Positions 25,492 to 38,024 of a stretch of 64,000 nucleotides of DNA are shown here, one piece after another. The position numbers and the translations under genes were made by a program. The first letter of the stretch is position 1. Each line of letters begins with the position of its first letter. The notes beneath the pieces are model-generated. The model searched no databases. It was not told the DNA's origin and was given only the letters and a program-made list of their open reading frames with translations. The DNA comes from Psilocybe cubensis (Eukaryota), in assembly GCA_017499595.2 (NCBI GenBank), contig CM039008.1:1240001-1304000 (forward strand), read 5' to 3'.

Positions 25492-28400
25492 CTACCAAGC
25501 GATCTTAGCGAGCAACCCCTTTGGGTATCTTCTCACGAAGTACTTCCTTATTTCGTCAAAACTATGCATCTAACTTCAGCACAACATATATGTGGAAGGA
25601 GGGGGGACACCCACATTAACAGCGTCAGGCCAAAGGTCATAGGAATGAAAATGTGCTTGGCGGGTACGGGTCTCATCTGGAAAACCTTTTGGCTTTGAAA
25701 ATGGAAAAGATTGTTAACTATCTGGCTGGTGAGAATTATGGCTAACTTACAACCACGGGACATAGCAGAAGAAAAACGCGATTCCGAGAGCCGCAACTGC
25801 GGCTGGGAAGATGTAAAGGTTAGATTGTGGTGTATGTTGGATTATGCTAAGCTTTCGACCACGGGTTGCAAGCAGGTTACTATATAAATTTGGTCAAAGT
25901 CAAGTAAAGAGGTAATGAACATGATAATGTTCATACCCCCATTGCATAAGAACTAATGTAAAGAAGTATACACTTTGAGCTCTGAAGAGAAGCTCATTCG
26001 AGAGGTTCTCCGGCGTCGCAAAGCTCAATGCGAGAGAAGAGAATGGAACTCCGTGTATCTGTAGGTACCAGAATGACCTGTATGCCACGTTGTGAATAAC
26101 TTGGTTTAAACCTTGCACATGATGATTGTTGTCGGACGTACATGGAAAGCGCGCACAGAGATTCGATCACACCAAGGAATCCGTAAGCATGGAGGAGAAG
26201 ACGCCAGTCCACTAAGCGATCTTTCTTGATATTTCTTGGACGTCTGAGCAAAAGCCCATCCTCAGGAGGTTCCATACACAAGCTGAGCGCTGGGAGCACA
26301 TCCGTCTAAAAGGAAGTAACATGAGACCGGTTCGATGTGAGAGTAAATAAACTTACAGCCACACAGATAATAATCATTCTTATAATGCAGAGATTTAGAC
26401 AAAATCCCTTTCATCTATTGTGAGATGTACGTACTGGATATTGCTGAGCATTTGCGGTACACCGATGACGATGTTGAGGACAATGGGCATCAACTCCGAG
26501 AAGCTAAGTTGACATCGTGAAAAGATACTCGTATTAAATATAAAAATTGAAATCACCTTCCAGCCGGCAAAAGATATAACGCCGTCTTCTTCAAATTATC
26601 ATACACCAGTCGACCTGAACGCCCATTGTTAATCACATCAATTCAATATTTCCGTAAACGGGATATCACTTACCATATTTGATAGCATCAATGATCGAAG
26701 AGAAATCTCCCAATAAAACAAGGTCCGCAGCCTCCTTGGCCACATCCGATCCATTCCCCATAGCCACACCACAATCCGCCGACTTCAGCGAAGGCGCATC
26801 GTTCACGCCATCCCCGGTGACCGCGACAACGTTTCCACGATTTTTGAAATCGTTGACGATGCGTAACTTTTGCTCGGGAGTCGTACGCGCGAACACGATC
26901 TCCTCATATTGACATAGCTGATGAATCTGCTCACTGTTAAGGGCCATGAGCTCCGATCCGGTTATGATGATGCTCTTCAGATCTTGCACTTCATTTTCAG
27001 AGTCGTACAGGGCGATGGATTTCTCCGGAGCTGGGTCTAGATCAGCAACACGATGAACTCTTGTCGGGTTGGATATAATTCCCGCCTGCTCAGCGATAGA
27101 AAGCGCGGTCGTGGGGTGATCACCTATTATCAGACAGCACGTCAGTAAGCTCTGTATGTAGTATACGGTGAACATGTCAGAGTCCCGTACCAGTGACGAT
27201 AAAGAAGCGAATGCCAGCATCACGGCAGACCCTTCAACGATGAGAATGAGCGTATGCAAGCTGTATTAGCATTATAACATACTTGACAGTATGCTTGATA
27301 TCCGGTTTCAGGGGGTCTATCAAACCAACAAGTCCAACAATAATGAGATCAGTCATATACTCCTCTACCGCTGTCTCAAACTGCTCAGACTGAGGATTAG
27401 AAATAGCCACTTTCTCCAGCCAATCATCCCGCACAATCCTGCGAGCAAGAAGGATAACTCTTTGACCCCGTCGCGACCATTTCTCCTGCACTGCAGAGAT
27501 GCGATCTTTTTCACGAACGGTGAGAGCGATTGGAGGTCCTCCGCGAGGGTCTAGGACATGAGAGCAATATGGGAGAAGAACTTCTGGAGCGCCTTTGACA
27601 GTCAACAAGAAGCATTCTCGAGTAAATGAATCCCATGCAGCTAACGGCGACACTAGAGGGCCATTTAGAGGTGTCGACATAGCCAGCTTGGATAGCTGTA
27701 GCATGTATTTGGTCTTTGTAAAATTGTCAGGTATAGCTCAGATTGTGTAGGCGCTCAGATCACCTTCGAATTGAAATTCTTTCTGAAAACGTTAACCCAA
27801 CGCTGGCGCGTAACTTCCACGGAAGCAATCTTGTCCGAAAAACGTAGGATGGCGACATCTCAATTGACAAGGTTTCAGAAGAGAACAACGAATTTTAGGG
27901 AGTTGGTTTACCTGTAGCATTTCCGAGGATATTCTTGCCTTGGACCTTTTTCTCGTCATCATCAGAAGTGTCCTTGTCAAACGTCGCCGAGTTGCAGATG
28001 GCCCCAACTGCGGCTATCTGCGATAAATTGCTCTCAACTGGTGGTTGAGACTGATTAACAACCTGCCTATAGGCATTCGACTCATACGTCGTATCGAATA
28101 CTGCCAAATTTTCAACGTGCATCGTATTCTGGGTCAACGTTCCTGTTTTATCCTGTACACATTTTTAGCAGGCAATTAAGAGGAAGAACTTTTAAAATTA
28201 CTTACCGAACAAAGGACGTTTACAGAACCGAGGGTTTCTACAATCGATAACGATCTATAGAGATGTCAATTCAGTGGTATGATATCTGGACTACGTCAGG
28301 TGGGCACGCGTACTTGCATAGAATCTTCTTCTTGCTCAGCGTATTGGCGACTTTTGCAAGGGAAAGTGTTACTGCGACAGGTAAGCCTTCTGGAATGAAT

Positions 28401-29890
28401 GCGACTGAACAAGAGTGTCAATAATCAAGGCAAGCCATAGATATACATAATAAGACTTACCCATAACTGATACAACATCAATCAAAAGAGTAGGGACGTT
28501 AATGTAATCCGGATGATCTCTACGAAGCCTGTCGACGACGGAGTTTAGTAAACACATTCAGAAGTGGAAACGAGATTACCTACCAAGCCGCCCACAGAAT
28601 GACCATAAGAACCGCGACTGCTGTGGCAAGACTAGCAATAATTGCGACAAAGCGAAGTAGCTCGCGCTGCAAGGTCGTCAGCCTTGTTTGCTCATTGGAT
28701 GACAACTTTGCGATAACACCGCTGTCAACAATTTTGAGGTGTTAACTTTTCATAAGAAATAAGGCGCCGTAGTGATACACACAAAACAGTATTGTCGCCT
28801 GTCTGAATCACCACCCCAACTCCCGACCCATTCACACAGTGGGTACCCTGCAGAGCAATATTCTTGGTCTAAAGAATCAATCAGACTTCACCGAATAAAT
28901 AACGGTTCAGTTGGCATTCATATACCTCCAAAAAGTTATCGTCTGTCATTGTAACCCTGCCAGAAATTGGTTCGCTCTAGACAATAAATCAGGAAGAATT
29001 CATAATATGTATAGTATACTCACTTCCCCGGTAAGAACGCTACGATCGAATTGTAAATCTACACTGACTTCAATGAGCCTAAGGTCTGCCGGGATTTTCT
29101 CGCCCATGCTAATTGTAATGAGATCTCCTGGGACGAGTTCCTTTGCAGGGACTTGTGTGGAGACCGAGTCACGTAGAACAACAACATCCGACGGGAGCAT
29201 TCCCTTGATGGAAGACATTACACGAGACGTCGAAAAGTCTTGCCATGCGTTGAAAATAGCTTGAATGAATAGGACCAAGAGGAGGACTACGGCAAGAGCC
29301 AGGTTGGACGCATTTGGGTTGGGTTCCCCGAGAGGCTTCCTGGTGGAATATATTATGTAAGGCAAAGTCTTTGCGAGGTAGTAGGGAAACTGACCATGCT
29401 ATAAAGCAGACAATACTTGCTGCCAGAAGCAAGCTACCGAAGCCTCCAAGTATCCATTCAAGCAGTTTTCGTACCAAATTGGACTTGGGAGGTGATATAA
29501 CATTCTTTCCATGAGTCTGTAAACGACGATGCGCCTGTGCCTTGTCCAAGCCAGTTTTCGGTGAAACGGAGAGACGGGAGAGCGCCTCTTCACTTGAAAT
29601 CCTATGCCAGTCCAAAGAGGAAAGTTCTGTTGTTTTGACATTGTTAGTAGTAGAGACCTTGTTATGGAGATGATAAACCCACCTTTAACAGCTGCTTTGC
29701 GTTTGTCTACATCTTTGCCTTTGCCTTTCCCCAAAGTTGGGTTCTCGACGTTGATGCTCAACGTACGGTACTCCGTAGGCATTCGAACCGATGTGCGACC
29801 GTTATGACCAACCTTCTCATCAAAGCTCTCATCTCGAATATCAGTCGGGCCACGTCTTTGCGCCTCTACGTCGGCTCGCCTAGAATCCAT
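25492..29890 (-). CDS. P-type cation ATPase, Na+/K+-ATPase-like (fungal ACU-type candidate), many introns
   Basis: GGFGSLLL..S, FNAWQDFSTSRVM, VLTGE, phosphorylation motif CS|DKTGTLTQN, VKGAPE, IDPLKP, GDHP, VFARTTPEQK, TGDGVNDAPSLK. Confidence 0.9.
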
Positions 29891-30957
29891 TTCGTTCGCC
29901 GTGTAATAAAACTGCTAAAGAACAATGTGGAAAACAGAATACCGCTTGGCAAAAATGATATAGGGTTTTATACAAACCTGCGGGATTTTGCGATTGGCTA
30001 TATTTTTTCCGACGGCGAGCTCTTTTCGCCATAGTGGTGCCCTGAGTTTCTGACGGATGGCCGAATTGTTTATGAATAGGTTTGAGCTCGGAGGGGCATG
30101 GCATAAAAGCCTCAGCTAGAAAGAAGAAAACACAGGCCACCCTGGCATAGCTTTATCAATAGTCCACAACTGACAGCGTTATCTTCCATTTTGTTTCCAA
30201 TGGGATGCTTAGCATTGAAAGCATCAGAGAACGGGACGATTGAAACCAAATGAAAAGGCTGAAAAAGTAGTTGTAATGAATCTTAATAATAATCAATTTA
30301 TGATAGTTGTGAGTGGCAGAAATTCGCACCGAAAGGGATAACATGACCCGTATCATTGCCCAGTGCCCACGTCGTGAGAGTCGCATCTGTCAATAAGTCA
30401 TGATATAAGAACAACTTCACAAGTTAATTGTCTTTCCAACGCATTCCAGATGATCAACATAGGTGGATAATATTTGCTACAACCATTTCTGGAAATTTGT
30501 TTCTGATCGTCCTCAAGTGCTTGGAGAGGCCTGCAGAATGTTGGAAATGATTTATTTGGCTCTAAAATATTTTAATCAAATCTTGTTTTGAACAGTCGGC
30601 AGCCCAAGCGTTGACATTCGAGAGATGGATACCTAGTAATTGTATTTCCGTTATCCTGGTAATCCGTAAATTTAGAAAACACGTACCAGGATGTGCAGAA
30701 TTGTTCGAACTGACTCCTTTGGAACAATTGACACGATGAATAGGATACACATGAAATTTGTTTTGATGACAATGTATTCGGAGGTCCTAACAGACCGCAC
30801 ATTAATTATAATAAAACAAGATTGGCTCCATAATTCAACAGAAGAGAAAAAAAATAAAACGTAGTACGAATCCTTGAGGTGATGTCAAAAAAATGAAAGA
30901 CGATAGAAGTGCGATGCCGAGAGCTTTGGAAGTGGTATAACGCCGAGCGATGATAAT

Positions 30958-31909
30958 TCATGTTTTGAATCGAATGATGAGGATGAGTAGAATGAATATC
31001 AACACGCCGATGGCAACAACAGAGCCTAGGAAAGAGTTGGAAAATGAATAACACATTTCAGAGGACATGTGTTGAGATGCTGACCATTCTCTTTAATCCC
31101 TTGAGCAACGTGGTCCAGTTTTTTGCGAGCCTTTCCCAATCGTCCTTGTGTCCTATCAATTTCAGTGTCCAAATCCTGGAGCAAACCATGATGGACATCC
31201 AGTTCTTCGTTTATCTGTAAGGATATATGGTGCTGCCGATTTATAGAATGAGATAGTTGGTCCAGTTGTTGATCCTGTTCTGAGTGTACCTTATGAACTA
31301 ATCAAATCAAAGCAACCAAAGAAATAGGGTAATACCTTGCATGATAAATCGTTGGGTGTGTAACATGGTTCCTGCGTCGGGGGGTTCCGTGCTTTGGCCT
31401 TGTTCGGGATCGTCTGTATAAGGAGCAAACGTTGGATGTGATAGCAGAGAATCCCTTGCGTTTGTATGTGTAAAGGGCGGAGGTTTAATGGGTTCTGGTA
31501 GCGGTGGGGATGGTGACGAGCGTTCGTTGTCCAAACTTTGTACCGCAGATTCAAATTAATGCCACATAACAGAATAAAAAAAGGATAATTCAACTCTATG
31601 CAAAGGTAGATGAGATAGCTTGACTTACCTCGGTATTTCTGCCCGTTCCTCTTCCCACAACATCCCTCGCATTCTATCATACTGGTTTCGCAGGAGCTTA
31701 GCAGCTTCCGACGAAGGCCCATCTTTTGATTCCATGGCATGGATCCCCTCCCTTAGCTGAGCCAAATTTCGCTTTATCTGTGGATAATGCAAAGAACTTC
31801 CATTAGCTGAAGCGTTGGCCCCATCGATGGGTAATGTTTGAAGACGTTGTCGTTCAAGTAACAGGGAAAGTGTCTTCGTCGAGACTGCAGTAAGTTTTGC
31901 AAGCGACAT
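30958..31909 (-). CDS. Qc-SNARE, syntaxin-8/Syn8-like
   Basis: MSLAKLTAVSTKTLSLLLERQR; SNARE helix EQDQQLDQLSHSINRQHHISLQINEELDVHHGLLQDLD; C-terminal TM VVAIGVLIFILLILII. Confidence 0.88.
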
Positions 31910-32342
31910 GTGAGAAGCAATGTGGTATATAGAGAAAAGGGAGTCGATAGCGGCGCAGCACCAAACGAATTGGAGGTAGCCTGCGGCTACAGTGCTGAAT
32001 GAGGAATACTGACAGCCGTTGTTCGTGGCGTCTTGGCTGTTTCGGCCTCGATAGGTCACGTGACATATGAACGAGACATTTCCTTGGCACTTGGTAGGTC
32101 TCCTCTCACCGAGTTGGCCTCTTACTGCTGCTATCTTGCTTTATTTTATCCTTGTTTGACTGTGACTCATACTCCGATTTACAGGTGCTGTAACACATTA
32201 GGCTGGACGACTTTTTGCATTGTATTCAATTCAGAAACTTTTTCTCCCTGTGTCATCCCATAACTAAGCCGCGCAATTAAAACGAAGGTGGAGTTTGTAT
32301 TAGTCCAACTAGTTAAACGACATCCCATTGTACTCTCCTTGT

Positions 32343-33564
32343 CTACCTAGTATTCAAGTTGACTTCGGAACGCGACAAACGGGCTGGTACTTGTCCATCC
32401 AAGGATGGTATAGTATCGGATATAGAAAGTCTAGGCAATCTAAATCGAACTGTTGTGGGTAGACTCTCAGGCTCATACATGCCCATTCTTGTTTTTCTAA
32501 ACACCCTACATGCCATGACGTTCATGAGAATCATATTGGGCACAGATAAAAGTACCTTGAACGATGCCGATATTCCTTTAGCGTAGAGCAGAAAAATGAC
32601 TACAAGATTGGTGACGATGGTAGTCCTGCAAGAATGAAATTTGGATCAATAATGGAAAAGTAAACGTAAAGTACGCTCATACAGATAATACATTTGCCCG
32701 TCACGCAACAGTGCCTTTATGAAGTCGGACATCGTGTTACCCATAAACATTGCTCTAAGGCGAGTTTTGATGTTTGACTGCTCGGTGGATATTTGCATTA
32801 ACCGCCATGATATCGCAAAGAAGATGAATGTATCGTTTACGAATGGTAGGATCACTAAAGCAGAAGCCAGTACTTCATTGAGGCTGTTGATGCTACAAAA
32901 TCTCGTGTTGCCTATCCGTGCTGTCGTTATTGCACCCACTGTCGAGATTATACCGACAGTAAGTATTCCAAGCCAAAGAAGGCCAAAGCCCAAGGTGATA
33001 TATACATTCCTATCGTATATCGCCCTGACACGGAAATAAAAGAGAAGGGAGGTAGTAGACACAGCGATGATATATATCCAACAAAGAGTGCGTTCAAGCT
33101 GAGCACAGTCGTGTACAGGCACCGCTTCATGAAAAAGAATTGAGTTCAAGTCAAATCACTCTATGAGATGTGTGTCACCATACTTTGAAAAGTCACAGTT
33201 CCTATGGCATGTACTAGGGCAGATAATCTTTAAACAATAATTATCAATTAATGCTACAAGATTGCTGAAGTCAAACACTGTGCATACCTCGATACAATGT
33301 AAACAGCTGGGACATATGTGAAGCGAGTTTTCAATATCATCATGACATCCACTTTCAAGTTATCCATTACATCCCACAGAATCAGCTTTGACGAACTCGT
33401 TGAGCGAACATCAGGTAGAAATAGAAAAAGCTCACTGTGCATGACGCAATAGAAAGATAGAGAGAAATGGCCACCTCATGGGAAAGATCGGGCGGTATAA
33501 GTGAGTGTGGTGTATAAGGATTGGGTGTTTGAAGTTCTGCAGGAATAGAAGCGTTCTGGGCCAT
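32343..33564 (-). CDS. Basidiomycete multi-pass membrane protein (DUF6533-like)
   Basis: PNPYTP N-terminus, LILWD..DN...D, YIVSR, FYFRVRAIY, DTFIFFAISWRL, LLRDGQMYYL, VMACRVFR; several hydrophobic helices. Confidence 0.7.
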
Positions 33565-34045
33565 CGATTGCCATACGGTTAACAGTTATGAGCTGGCAGA
33601 GATATTGGGCCCAAATGGTTCAATTCAAGATTGCCTGCTCTCAGGAAAAATCATTCGACATAATAAATGCTGGTTAGTTACATAACCTTAAGCGTTAAGA
33701 TCAACCTTGTCGCACCAACGACCCGGTGTGCGAACTAAGTAAGGCTGTCGCTCACAGTTGGATCGCCCTTAAAACAGTTATGCTGTTACAGCACAAGCGA
33801 ATAGTTAAGTTGCCGTCGGGAGCTTATAATCATAAAATAATGAGAGAGTACTGAGTCTATCTTCTCCTAATGTTAGAGAAGTGTCTGGGAAGCGGATGTA
33901 TGTAAAGTTCTTCATGCTCTTTGCAGTAGTAGTCGGAACAAAGTTGGAAAAGAGCGTCGCGTTATGTACTCCGAAACTCCGACAGTCACGGGACTAATTT
34001 TCATGTCGCCCCGGTTTCATGCAAACCCCAGTTCTCCCTCAGAAC

Positions 34046-35311
34046 ATGGCTTTGATATTTGACTACGTTCCGTCATATGATATTCCAGCAGCGCTTGAGA
34101 TAGAGAAGCAGGGTGGGTTGACTTGATTAACGAATCTGACGTCGCAAGTGATCCCTGATTTTTTAAGTTCTTTGCAGGCTACCCAGAGGACGAGGCAGGT
34201 ACCGAGTCTAGTTTTCGGTACGCTTGCCATATGATTACAATACACAAATTCTCAACTTCACCAGTCTCCGTCAGTCACAAGCCGGAAATCTCTTCCTCGG
34301 AGCGTATGAACCAACTTCAGGTTCAGAGCGACGCCTTATCGGATATATATGTTCAACGTTGTCTCCTTCCCCTACATTGAGCCATGACTCCATGTCGACT
34401 CATGTCCCGAACTCTTCTTCTGTCTGCATCCACTCTGTTTGCGTTTCTCCTTCTCATCAACGTCGCGGGATTGGCCTCTCGTTATTGAAGGAATACATTA
34501 CTCGTCTAGAAAAAGCTCGTGCGGGTGGCTACGCCAATTACCGCCGTGTTTTACTCATCACCCACGAAAATCTGCGTGATTTTTACGAGAAAGCAGGATT
34601 CGAATGGTTGGGTAAAAGTGAAGTTGTCCATGGCTCCAGACCTTGGTTTGAGATGCGTAGAGAACTGCATTCCGCTCAAGGAGTGATCGAGACCCCTGTC
34701 AAAACCGCGAAGGAGAATGCGATACCTCCAGGTATCCTTGAGGCTTTGCAGCGCCCTAAAGATGTATTCCCATCCTCGAAGCTGGTTTCAGACTTCCCGA
34801 ACGGCCTCCCGGAACTCATAGAACCTGACGAAAAGAACCCTGGCACCTCTTTCAACAAATATGATCTGATCTGCCCCAGAAATGGTTGTGGAAGTGTCAT
34901 TTTAAAGAGGGGTGGTGGGAAATGGACGGAGCGAGAAAGTGTGCAGGTCTGTCTGTGTATCTTAAAATTCATGTGCGCCACCTGTTGATTCTCCAAAGCT
35001 GGAGCCGGAAGGTTATTCTCAACCGGAACTTCCTCCGTTGCCCATTCCACCAGAAACCGCCCAATGGTGGCTTATCACACCAAGCATCCTCCAATTTGAG
35101 AATATCGGGAGGACACATTCTGTTCATCCGCTATCTGAAGGAGGTATGTGCTGAACTGGCTTACAATCATCAAGCTAATCACGATGCCTCTTCAGGGCGT
35201 GTAATAAGATTTTTAACATGTGGTGAATGCGACTTAGGTCCCTTAGGTTGGTGTGTCGAAGGAGGTTCTGAATTTTGGTTAGCTTGCTCTCGTGTTGGTT
35301 ACGATGCATAG
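34046..35311 (+). CDS. GNAT acetyltransferase (PAA1/AANAT-like) fused to a C-terminal Mss4/Dss4-like zinc domain
   Basis: GNAT motifs YPEDEA, IHSVCVSPSHQRRGIGLSLL, FYEKAGF; Mss4 motifs CPRNGCGSVIL, WWL...FENIG, LTCGECDLGPLGW. Confidence 0.85.
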
Positions 35312-35488
35312 GTCGTATTCACCATCTTTTATTAATTTCATCTACATAATTACGTCATGAAGGTAGAGAACGGTCACGAATTATTGGCGCGTCGCGTCCG
35401 GAAGCCCCTATTTTTGCATTTGCACACAATCAGACAGACAACATGAGAGAAACTGCCTGAAGGTTTATCGGTCATGACAATATGGATG

Positions 35489-37228
35489 TTATTTTTTGCG
35501 CAATACCACACAGTCAATTAGTTTTTCGCAAGTCTCGGCAAGGGCGTGAGCCAGCTGTTCAAAATCAGAAAGCTGAGATATTGCTCTAATTAGAGATACT
35601 ATATGAGTAGTACCAAGATAAACGACTTACATCATTGTATATTTGAGCACTAGCTCGCACCCACCATTTACCCATATAATAGAAAGCAGGTGCAAATACC
35701 CTATGATTGTCCAGCATTTCGTCTTGATACAGGAAGAATATTTCTTTAGACGGTGTGATGTTTGGAGGAAGTGGGAGTTCAATATTAGTCTAGGTAATAA
35801 CAAGATGTATGTTAGCTCCATCTTATTAAACTTCAAAGAAGAATATTCCTACTATATTGGCAGTCAGCTCGTTTCCCTCAGTCTGGTCCATGACCGATGT
35901 ACCAAGTTTTTCAGACACTAAGCGTCCGCCGGTTACGGCGAGAGAGCGGCAGTAGTCGTTGATCGCCTTTTCTCCCCCTAATTTATCTCTGAATGATCTG
36001 GCTATATGAAACTAGCTGTTTAGCTAGATAACACAGTATCATAGTTAACCTACCAATTTCGACACTTAGAAAGGGTATTGGATCGATCATTCCACTCCCT
36101 TTTGATGAAAGGCGTCGACAATCATAAAATATTCTTTAAGAAACAGACAGGAACTACTTACAATAAAATTCATGAACGAAATCTGGGGGGGTCGAGCCAC
36201 GAGTAGGGTACCTAGTCCCTGGCACTAACTGCGTCTTTATCATACCCTGATTTCTGATTGGGACATATAGTACTGCGCACCCGCGGTGGGCATAATACCA
36301 CTTGCTACAGTTCTAGCATCCTGTCAGAAGTTTTTCCAAAGCTGAAGTAACGTAGTACTTCACCGTCATCCAGAAATCAGGGTCTACTTCTTTGAGATTA
36401 AGGTTCAGCTCTTGACCGAGTGAATGTGCAGCGTCAACGATGCTCAGTGCATTTTCCTCTCGGCATATGCGTACCATTTCCCTCCATGGCAAAAGCAAGC
36501 CTGGGGAAGCCGTAATACTTTCGATAACAACGACCGTTTTCCGAGGTTGGATACTTAACGACACTGTATTGGCTTCTTTGTCGTCCATTTGTTTTTGGAC
36601 CTCTCGAATATGATCACGAAACCGTGCTAAAATAGATTGGTGTGAAAGTGCCCCCTCCGCTAACTTGAAAACTGAAGTCTGAGGCCGACTTGGAATGTTT
36701 AGGATGGCTGTGGACACGGATTCAAAAACTGCATCAGCTAGTTGAGTTTTGGACAATGGTGCGATAATCGGTAACAACGCTCAATTATACTGAGTGGCAT
36801 AACGTGCTCACTGTAAATGATGTGATCTCTTTCAGTCAAGCTGATACTGCATAGGACATTGCTCATAGCAGTAGCAACATTACTGACAAATACACAGGTA
36901 TCCGCGTCTGCCCCTAAAAGTTGACAAACAACTTCACGAGCCCTTGTAGATCGATCAAAGAGCTGACCACGGATGAATAAATCTGGATTTCTTTCGCATT
37001 CTCTGGAAAGGGCTTCACAAGCGCGTAGGACTGGTTCTGGAATGGTCCCAAATGAAGCTTGAAAAATTTATCCGTAAGCAATTTTAGTGGCATTTTGCTG
37101 ATACCACATCGCTCACCATGATTGAGATTGATAAAGTTGCTATCTGTAAAGAACAGCTCCCTACAGTCCCGACCGTAACGCCGCACCTCAAAATCTTGAG
37201 ATACCTCCAAAGGCGTCTTTTCCTTCAT
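35489..37228 (-). CDS. PLP-dependent aminotransferase class V enzyme (Egt2/LolT/cysteine-desulfhydrase-like), multi-exon
   Basis: Spliced NLNH|ASFGTIP, NPDLFIR, CVFVSNVATA, PGLLLPW, VDAAHSLGQ, PDFWMT|NCSKWYYAHRGCAVLYVP, WVRASAQIYN. Confidence 0.85.
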
Positions 37229-38024
37229 TTATTTGTGGAAGTTAAACAATCACAATGGTTGGAGATTGGAGCTGGGACTCGAAGTGAGTAATTTCTATGA
37301 TAATTGATTGCTTTTAAGTTTTTATCCTGTCAGTGGATTTCCTCACATGAGATTACATCTGCAATCTATCAGTCCAGTTTTTGGAACCTTCATCAAAGAT
37401 TGAAATCAGAACATTTGATGGAATCTGGTGTATGAATGCAAGAAGACTATAAATTGTTCTCATTAGTTTCAGATTCATGCCACACTGGCGACCGTATATT
37501 TTTATGCTGGGACCGCACGATCCACCAGGCCTAGGGGAAATGGAAATGGGTCATGACTGTGGTCACTGGTACAAGCTTGACCTAACTTCACCTCTATTCA
37601 TATTTTAGTCCGAAGGAGGTGTCGGCTCAGACGGAATAGAATGGCATTGGTGTATGATGCTCCCAAAGTATGTAGGAATATCGGATGTGATAAGATAGAA
37701 GGTAGCGGTTCCCTCTTCACGCATCTAACACCGTCCATCTCCGAGTTACACATTTTTTCCCACGCAATATTTCTTATTGGTTTTTTGTCATTATCTCTTT
37801 CTTTTGACCAGGCTCACGGTCTCTTGATATCATCCTATTCCGAGAAAAAGCTTTGTCGTCCGCGGTAAACCATAGAATTTATACTCTTCCCATCCGGACG
37901 GTAAGCTGATGTACACACCGGTCTATCAGATTCAGTGTATAATAACCGTTGGCCTTGTCATTGGACTTTAAAATGAAAAGACCCCCGGCTTGACACAGCA
38001 GTTGGACTTCTTTTGGCCCTTATC

